NCBI GenBank assembly: GCA_964016885.1
Contig: OZ024743.1
Coordinates: 129,890,001-129,954,000 of the forward strand
Length of the DNA stretch: 64,000 bases
Reading direction: 5' to 3'
From: Eledone cirrhosa
Lineage: Eukaryota
Positions within the stretch are counted from its first letter, which is position 1. Each line of letters opens with the position of its first letter. The notes under the pieces were generated by a model. It was not told the origin of the DNA. It did not search any database and saw only the letters and a program-made list of their open reading frames with translations. Positions 54,830 through 64,000 of the stretch are shown here, in pieces. The position numbers and the translations under genes are program-made.

Positions 54830-57800
54830 ACCAATCACCAAGCACCAAGCACCAATCACCAAACACCAAAAACCAAGCACCAAGCACCAAGTACCAAACA
54901 CCAAATGCCAAACACCAAACACCAAGCACCAGGCACCAAACACCAAGCACCAAGCGCCAAAGACCAAACACCAAGCACCAAGCACCAAGCACCAAACACT
55001 AAACAGCAAACACCAAACAGCAAACACCAAACACCAAACACGAACCAGCAAACATCAAGCACCAAACACGAAACAGCAAACGCCAAACATCAAACGCGGA
55101 ACACCAAACGCCAAACAGCAAACACCAAGCACCAAGCACCAAACACAAATCACCAAACAGCAAACACCAAACACCAAGCACCAATCACCAAGCACCAAGC
55201 ACCAAGCACCAAGCACCAAGCATCAAACACCAAGCACAAAGCACCAAACACCAAAAACCAAACAGCAAACACCAAACAGCAAACACCAAACACCAAACAG
55301 CAAACACCAAACACCAAACACCAAACACAAAACAACAAACAGCAAACACCAAACAGCAAACTCCAAACACCAAACAGCAAACACCAGACACCAAACACCA
55401 AACAGAAATAGCCAAACATCAAACGACAAACACCAAACGCCAAGCACCAAGCACCAAGCACCAAGCACCAAGCACCAAGCACAAAGCACCAAACACCATG
55501 CACCAAGCACCAAGCACCAAACACCAAGCACCAAGCACCAAGCACCAAACAACAGGCAACAAGCTCCAAACACCAAGCACCAAGCACCAAACACCAAACA
55601 CCAAACACCAAGCACCAAGCACCAAAGACCAAGTACCAAGCACCAAGCACCAAACATCAAGCACCAAGCACCAAGCACCAAACACCAAGCACCAAGCACT
55701 AAACACCAAACACCTAGCACCAGGCACCAAACACCAAGCACCAAGCACCAAGCACCAAACACCAAGCACCAAGCACCAAGCACCAAGGAACAAATACCAA
55801 ACACCAAGCACCAAGCACAACACGTCAAACACCAAACACCACACAGCAAACACCAAACAGCAAACACCAAACAGCAAACACCAAACAGCAAACACCAAAC
55901 ACCAAATAGCAAACACCAAGCAGCAAACACCAAACAGCAAACACCAAACACCAAACACCAAGCACCAAGCACAAAATACCAAGCACCAAGCACCAAGCAT
56001 CAAGCACCATGCACCAAACACCAAGCACCAAGCACCTAGCACCCAGCGCCAAACACCAAACATCAAACAGCAAACAGCAAACAGCAAACAACAAACACCA
56101 AACGCCAAACAGCAAACGCCAAACACCAAACGCCAAACAGCAAGCACCAAAAACCAAACACCAAGCACCAAGCACCAAGCACCAAAAACCAAACACCAAG
56201 CACCAAGCACTAAACACCAAACACCAAGCACCAAGCACCAAGCACCAAGTACCAAGCACCAAGCACCAAGCACCAAACACTGAGCACCAAGCACCAAGCA
56301 CCAAACACCAAGCACCATGCACCAAACACCAAACACCAAGCACCAAGCACCAAACACCAAAAACCAATCACCAATCACCAAACACCAAACACCAAGCACC
56401 AAGCAACAAACACCAAACACCAAGCACCAAGCACCAAACACCAAACACCAAACACCAAGCACCAAGCACCAAACCCCAAGCACCAAACACCAACCACCAA
56501 ACACCAAACACCAAACACCAAGCACCAAGCACCAAACACCAAGCACCAAGCACCAAGCACCAAACAACAATCACCAAGCACCAAGCACCAAACACCAAGC
56601 ACCAAGCACCAAACACCAAACACCTAGCACCAAGCACCAAACACCAAGCACCAAGCACCAAGCACCAAACACCAAACGCCAAACACCAAACACCAAGCAC
56701 CAAGCACCAAACACCAAGCACCAAGCGCCAAAGACCAAACACCAAGCACCAAGCACCAAACACCAAACACCAAGCACCAAGCACCAAATACCAAGCACCA
56801 AGCACTAAACACCAAACACCAAGCACCAAGCACCAAGCACCAAGCACCAAACACCAAGCACCAAGCACCAAACACCAAACACAAAACACCAAGCACCAAG
56901 CACCAAACACCAAGTACCAAGCACCAAGCACCAAACATCAAGCATCAAGAACCAAGAACCAAACACAAAGCACCAAGCACCAAGCACCAAACACCAATCA
57001 CCAAGCACCAAGCACCAATCACCAAACACCAAAAACCAAGCACCAAGCACCAAGTACCAAACACCAAATGCCAAACACCAAACACCAAGCACCAGGCACC
57101 AAACACCAAGCACCAAGCGCCAAAGACCAAACACCAAGCACCAAGCACCAAGCACCAAACACTAAACAGCAAACACCAAACAGCAAACACCAAACACCAA
57201 ACACGAACCAGCAAACATCAAGCACCAAACACGAAACAGCAAACGCCAAACATCAAACGCGGAACACCAAACGCCAAACAGCAAACACCAATCACCAAAC
57301 AGCAAACACCAAACACCAAGCACCAATCACCAAGCACCAAGCACCAAGCACCAAGCACCAAGCATCAAACACCAAGCACAAAGCACCAAACACCAAAAAC
57401 CAAACAGCAAACACCAAACAGCAAACACCAAACACCAAACAGCAAACACCAAACACCAAACACCAAACACAAAACAACAAACAGCAAACACCAAACAGCA
57501 AACTCCAAACACCAAACAGCAAACACCAGACACCAAACACCAAACAGAAATAGCCAAACATCAAACGACAAACACCAAACGCCAAGCACCAAGCACCAAT
57601 CACCAAGCACCAAGCACCAAGCACAAAGCACCAAACACCATGTACCAAGCACCAAGCACCAAACACCAAGCACCAAGCACCAAGCACCAAACAACAGGCA
57701 ACAAGCTCCAAACACCAAGCACCAAGCACCAAACACCAAACACCAAACACCAAGCACCAAGCACCAAAGACCAAGTACCAAGCACCAAGCACCAAACATC

Positions 57801-58770
57801 AAGCACCAAGCACCAAGCACCAAACACCAAGCACCAAGCACTAAACACCAAACACCTAGCACCAGGCACCAAACACCAAGCACCAAGCACCAAGCACCAA
57901 ACACCAAGCACCAAGCACCAAGCACCAAGGAACAAATACCAAACACCAAGCACCACACAGCAAACACCAAACAGCAAACACCAAACAGCAAACACCAAAC
58001 AGCAAACACCAAACACCAAATAGCAAACACCAAGCAGCAAACACCAAACAGCAAACACCAAACACCAAACACCAAGCACCAAGCACAAAATACCAAGCAC
58101 CAAGCACCAAGCATCAAGCACCATGCACCAAACACCAAGCACCAAGCACCCAGCGCCAAACACCAAACATCAAACAGCAAACAGCAAACAGCAAACAACA
58201 AACACCAAACGCCAAACAGCAAACGCCAAACACCAAACGCCAAACAGCAAGCACCAAAAACCAAACACCAAGCACCAAGCACCAAGCACCAAAAACCAAA
58301 CACCAAGCACCAAGCACTAAACACCAAACACCAAGCACCAAGCACCAAGCACCAAGTACCAAGCACCAAGCACCAAGCACCAAACACCAAGCACCAAGCA
58401 CCAAGCACCAAACACCAAGCACCATGCACCAAACACCAAACACCAAGCACCAAGCACCAAACACCAAAAACCAATCACCAATCACCAAACACCAAACACC
58501 AAGCACCAAGCAACAAACACCAAACACCAAGCACCAAGCACCAAACACCAAACACCAAACACCAAGCACCAAGCACCAAACCCCAAGCACCAAACACCAA
58601 CCACCAAACACCAAACACCAAACACCAAGCACCAAGCACCAAACACCAAGCACCAAGCACCAAGCACCAAACAACAATCACCAAGCACCAAGCACCAAAC
58701 ACCAAGCACCAAGCACCAAACACCAAACACCTAGCACCAAGCACCAAACACCAAGCACCAAGCACCAAGC
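54830..58770. repeat. Tandem duplication, period about 2.1 kb (2163, 2142, 2114, 2107 bp)
   Basis: ORF pairs 54856/57019, 55185/57327, 55498/57640, 56009/58123 and 56317/58424. Both copies share the rare motifs CGCGGAA and CAACAGG CAACAAG CTCCAAA. Confidence 0.9.
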
Positions 58771-59489
58771 ACCAAACAACAAGCACCAAGCACCAAGCAC
58801 GAAACACGAAACACCAAACACCCAGCACCAAGCACCAAATACCAAACACCAAGCACCAAGGACCACACATCAAACACCAAACACCACACACCAAACATCA
58901 AACAGCAAACACCAAGCACCAAGCACAAAGTACCAAGCACCAAGCAGCAAGCACCAAGCACCAAGCACCAAACACCAAGCACCAAGCACCAAGCACCAAA
59001 CACCAAGCACTAAGCACCAAACACCAAGCACCAAGCACCAATCACCAAGCACCAAAAACCAAGCACCAAGCACCAAGTACCACACACCAAGCACCAAAGA
59101 CCAAACACCAAGCACCAAGCACCAAACACCAAGCACTAAGCGCCAAACACCAAACACCAAGCACCAAGCACCAAACACCAGGCACCAAGCACCAAGCACC
59201 AAACACCAAGCACCAAGCACCAAACACCAAACACCAAGCATCAAGCACGAAACAGCAAACACCAAGCAACAAGCACCAAACACCAAACACCAAGAACCAA
59301 GCATCAAACACCAAACACCAAGCACCAAGCACTAAACACCAAACACCAAGCACCAAGCACCAAACACAAAGCACCAAGCAACAAACACCAAGCACCAAGC
59401 ACCAAACACCAAGCACCAAGCACCAAACACCAAACACCAAGCACGAAACACCAATCACCAAACACCAAGCACCAAGCACCAAACACCAA

Positions 59490-62400
59490 AACACCAAGCA
59501 CCAAGCACCAAACAACAAACACCAAGCACCAACCACCAAACACCAAGCACCAAGCACCAAGCACCAACCACCAAACACCAAGCACCAAGCATCAAGCACC
59601 AAGCACCAAGCACCAAGCACCAAGCGCCAAACATCAAACACCAAGCACCAAGCACCAAACACCAAGCACCAAGCACCAATCACCAAACACCAAGCACCAA
59701 GCACCAAACACCAAAACACCAAGCACCAAGCACCAAACACCAAACACCAAGCACCAACCACCAAACACCAAGCACCAAGCACCAAGCACCAAGCACCAAA
59801 CACCAAACACCAAAAACCAAACAGCAAAAACCAGACAGCAAACAGCAAACACCAAACAGCAAACACCAAACAGCAAACACCAAACCCAAAACACCAAACA
59901 GCAAACACCAAACAGCAAACAACAAACACCAAACAGCAAACACCAGACACCAAACACCAAACAACAAACACCAAACACCAAACACCAAACACCAAACAGC
60001 AAACACCAAACACCAAACACCAAACAGAAATAGCCAAACATCAAACGACAAACACCAAACGCCAAGCACCAAGCACCAAGCACCAAGCACAAAGCACCAA
60101 GCAACAAAAACAAAGTACCAAGCACCAAGCACCAAACAGCAAACACCAAACAGCAAACACCAAACAGCAAACACCAAACACCAAACAGCAAACACCAAAC
60201 ACCAAACACCAAACAGCAAAAACCAAACACCAAACACCAAACACCAAGCACCAAGCACCAAACACCAAGCACCAAGCAACAAGCACCAATCACCAAGCAC
60301 CAAGCACCAAACACCAAACACCAAGAACCAAGCACCAAACACCAAACACCAAGCATCAAGCACCAAACACCAAACACCAAGCACCAGTCACCAAGCACCA
60401 AGCACCAAGCACCAAGCACCAAGCACCAAACACCAAGCACCAAGCAGCAAGCACCAAACACCAAGAACCAAACACCAAGCACCAGGCACCAAGCACCAAG
60501 CACCAAGCACCAAGCACCAAACACCAAGCACCAAGCACCAAATACCAAGCACCAAGCGCCAAACACCAAACACTAAGCACCAAGCACCAAATACCAAGCA
60601 CCAAGCACCGAGCACCAAACACCAAACACCAAACACCAAACAGCAAACAGAAAACAGCAAACACCAAACACCATACACCAAAGAGCAAACAGCAAACACC
60701 AAACACCAAACAGCAACCAGCAAACACCAAACACCAAACACCAAACAGCTAACGCCAAACAGCAAACGCCAAACACCAAGCACCAAGCACCAAACACCAA
60801 GCACCAAACACCAAGCACCAAACACCAAACACCAAACACCAAGCACCAAGCACCAAGCACCAAACACCAAACACCAAGCACCAAGCACTAAACACCAAAC
60901 ACAAAGCACCAAGCACCAAGCACCAAACACCAAGCACCAAGCACCAAGCACCAAGCACCAAGCACGAAACATCAAGCACCAAACACCAAGCACCAAGCAC
61001 CAAACACCAAACACCAAGCACCAAGCACCAAACACCAAGAACCAAGCACCAAGCACTAAACACCAAACACCAAGCACCAAGCACCAACACCAAACACCAA
61101 GCACCAAGCACCAAACACCAAGTACCAAGCACCAAGCACTAAACACCAAGCACCAAGTACCTAACACCAAGCAGCAAACACCAACCCCGAGCACCAAACA
61201 CCAAACACCAAGCACCAAGTACCAAGCACCAAACACCAAACACCAAACACCAAGCACCAAGTACCTAACACCAAGCACCAAGCACCAAACACCAAACGCC
61301 TAGCACCAAGCACCAAACACCAAGCACCAAGCACAAAGCACCAAAAGCCAAGCACCAAGCACCAAGCACCAAACACCAAACAGCAAGCACCAAGTACCAC
61401 ACATCAAACACCAAGCACCAAACACCAAACACCAGGCCCAAACACCAAGCACCAATCACCAAGCACCAAGCACCAAGCAACAAACACAAAGCACCAATCA
61501 CCAAGCACCAATCACCAAGCACCAAGCACCAAACACCAAGCACCAAGCGCCAAACACCAAACACCAAGCACCAAGCACCAAACACCAAGCACAAAGCACC
61601 AATCACCAAACACCAAGCACCAAGCACCAAACACCAAACACCAAGCACCAAGCACCAAACACTAAACAACAAGTACCAAGCACAAAGCACCAAACACCAA
61701 GCACCAAGCACCAAGCACCAAACACCAAACAGCAAACAGCAAACACCAAACAACAAACAGCAAACACCAAACAGCAAAAAAACCAAACACCAAATACTAA
61801 ACAGAAAATGCCAAACATCAAACGACAAACACCAAACGCCAAGCACCAAGCACCAAGCACCAAGCACAAAGCACCAAGCACCAAACACCAAGCACCAAGC
61901 ACCACGCACCAAACACCAAACACCAAACACCAAGCACCAAGCACCAAACCCCAAGCACCAGACACCAAGCACCAATCAACAAACACCAAATACCAAGCAC
62001 CAAGCACCAAAAACCAAGCACCAAGCACAAAGCACCAAGCACCAAACACCAAATGCCAAACACCAAACACCAAGCACCAAGCACCAAACACCAAGCACCA
62101 AGCGCCAAAGACCAAACACCAAGCACCAAGCACCAAACACCAAGCACCAAGCTCCGAGCACCAAACACCAAGCACGAAGAACCAATCACCAAATACCAAG
62201 CACCTAGCACCAAACACCAAACACCAAGCACCAAGCACCAAACACCAAACACCAAGCAACAAGCACCAAACACCAAACACCAAGCACCAAGCACCAAACA
62301 CCAAGAACCAAGCACCAAGCACTAAACACCAAACAGCAAGCACCAAGCACCAAACACCAAACACCAAGCACCAAGCACCAAACACCAAACACCACACACC

Positions 62401-64000
62401 AAGCACCAAGCACCAAACCCCAAGCACGAAGAACCAATCACCAAATACCAAGCACCTAGCACCAAACACCAAACACCAAGCACCAAACCCCAAGCACCAG
62501 ACACCAAGCACCAATCAACAAACACCAAATACCAAGCACCAAGCACCAAACACCAAAAACCAAGCACCAAGCACGAAACACCCAATGCCAAATACCAAAC
62601 ACCAAGCACCAAGCACCAAACACCAAGCACCAAGCGCCAAAGACCAAACACCAAGCACCAAGCACCAAACACCAAGCACGAAGCTCCGAGCACCAAACAC
62701 CAAGCACCAAGCACCAAGCACCAAACACCAAATACCAAACACCAAGCACTAAACCCCAAACACCAAGCACCAAGCACCAAGCACCAAGCACCAAGCACCA
62801 AACACCAAGCACCAAGCACCAAACAACAAACACCAAGCACCAACCACCAAACACCAAGCACCAAGCACCAAGCACCAACCACCAAACACCAAGCACCAAG
62901 CATCAAGCACCAAGCACCAAGCACCAAGCACCAAGCGCCAAACATCAAACACCAAGCACCAAGCACCAAACACCAAGCACCAAGCACCAATCACCAAACA
63001 CCAAGCACCAAGCACCAAACACCAAAACACCAAGCACCAAGCACCAAACACCAAACACCAAGCACCAACCACCAAACACCAAGCACCAAGCACCAAGCAC
63101 CAAGCACCAAACACCAAACACCAAAAACCAAACAGCAAAAACCAGACAGCAAACAGCAAACACCAAACAGCAAACACCAAACAGCAAACACCAAACCCAA
63201 AACACCAAACAGCAAACACCAAACAGCAAACAACAAACACCAAACAGCAAACACCAGACACCAAACACCAAACAACAAACACCAAACACCAAACACCAAA
63301 CACCAAACAGCAAACACCAAACACCAAACACCAAACAGAAATAGCCAAACATCAAACGACAAACACCAAACGCCAAGCACCAAGCACCAAGCACCAAGCA
63401 CAAAGCACCAAGCAACAAAAACAAAGTACCAAGCACCAAGCACCAAACAGCAAACACCAAACAGCAAACACCAAACAGCAAACACCAAACACCAAACAGC
63501 AAACACCAAACACCAAACACCAAACAGCAAAAACCAAACACCAAACACCAAACACCAAGCACCAAGCACCAAACACCAAGCACCAAGCAACAAGCACCAA
63601 TCACCAAGCACCAAGCACCAAACACCAAACACCAAGAACCAAGCACCAAACACCAAACACCAAGCATCAAGCACCAAACACCAAACACCAAGCACCAGTC
63701 ACCAAGCACCAAGCACCAAGCACCAAGCACCAAGCACCAAACACCAAGCACCAAGCAGCAAGCACCAAACACCAAGAACCAAACACCAAGCACCAGACAC
63801 CAAGCACCAAGCACCAAGCACCAAGCACCAAACACCAAGCACCAAGCACCAAATACCAAGCACCAAGCGCCAAACACCAAACACTAAGCACCAAGCACCA
63901 AATACCAAGCACCAAGCACCGAGCACCAAACACCAAACACCAAACACCAAACAGCAAACAGAAAACAGCAAACACCAAACACCATACACCAAAGAGCAAA
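59490..64000. repeat. Duplication with period 3311 bp (473 heptamers): 59490-60689 repeated at 62801-64000, running off the window end
   Basis: ORF pairs 59634/62945, 59680/62991, 60041/63352 and 60356/63667. One difference noticed (60486G/63797A). Confidence 0.92.

Larger units (their letters stand above)
1..64000. repeat. Heptamer tandem satellite array, consensus CACCAA[G/A] (reverse complement [C/T]TTGGTG), about 9,100 units, open at both window edges
   Basis: Every line parses into CACCAAG/CACCAAA units plus variants (CAGCAAA, CACCAAT, TACCAAG, CGCCAAA, CATCAAA, CACAAAG, CACCTAG, AACCAAG, GACCAAA). No non-repeat insert or strand switch was seen. The unit count is simply 64000/7. Confidence 0.99.

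Noticed and set aside
1-64000. CRISPR-like array with the landmark as repeat and intervening sequence as spacers
   Set aside because: The intervening stretches are 0.7-4.9 kb of the same heptamer rather than unique 25-45 bp spacers. There is no palindromic repeat, leader or cas gene.
1-64000. Telomerase-synthesised terminal telomere tract
   Set aside because: Many variant units are copied in kilobase blocks, which a short RNA template cannot produce, and the motif is not one I recognise as an established telomere repeat. A telomere-derived origin is kept only as a hypothesis.
1-64000. Prokaryotic heptamer repeats (cyanobacterial STRR-type)
   Set aside because: Those are short, mostly intergenic tracts among genes. 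A gene-free 64-kb array does not fit, although the source organism cannot be proven from this window.
1-64000. Strong G-quadruplex, i-motif or hairpin-forming DNA
   Set aside because: The minus strand has mainly GG doublets with only occasional GGG/GGGG, so at most weak two-tier G4s are expected. The near absence of T on the + strand precludes long inverted repeats, and none were seen.
23300-64000. Similar periods of 3316 and 3311 bp as a fixed unit length
   Set aside because: The two blocks have different cassette content and landmark subtypes, and other periods (1.55, 2.1, 5.4, 11.8 kb) are unrelated. Treated as coincidence.
1-64000. Pure sequencing or basecalling artefact, or synthetic low-complexity sequence
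   Set aside because: Rare variants and phase slips recur at homologous positions in a nested, tree-consistent pattern with graded divergence, which random error would not generate.

Overview
All 64 kb is one uninterrupted, single-orientation heptamer satellite with consensus CACCAAR (CACCAAG/CACCAAA; minus strand YTTGGTG). I found no unique sequence, credible gene, RNA gene, mobile element or CRISPR array. Every ORF in the track is a translation artefact of a T-poor 7-mer (KHQAPST/KHQTPNT on +, WCLVLGA on -). The real structure lies in the order of variant heptamers. A landmark cassette (CAGAAAA TGCCAAA CATCAAA CGACAAA) recurs 32 times, mostly 0.7-2.7 kb apart. Nested, nearly identical duplications are superimposed, with offsets of about 5.4/5.1, 1.55, 3.316, 11.8, 2.1 and 3.311 kb. 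Indels between recent copies are almost always whole heptamers. Shared variants allow some events to be ordered, one junction carries a templated insertion, and the two ends of the window share a variant subfamily absent from the centre. This best fits eukaryotic heterochromatic (centromeric, pericentromeric or subtelomeric) satellite with higher-order repeats. The organism and function cannot be determined from this window. Offsets were derived by hand from the ORF track and spot-checked in the sequence, so block boundaries are approximate.
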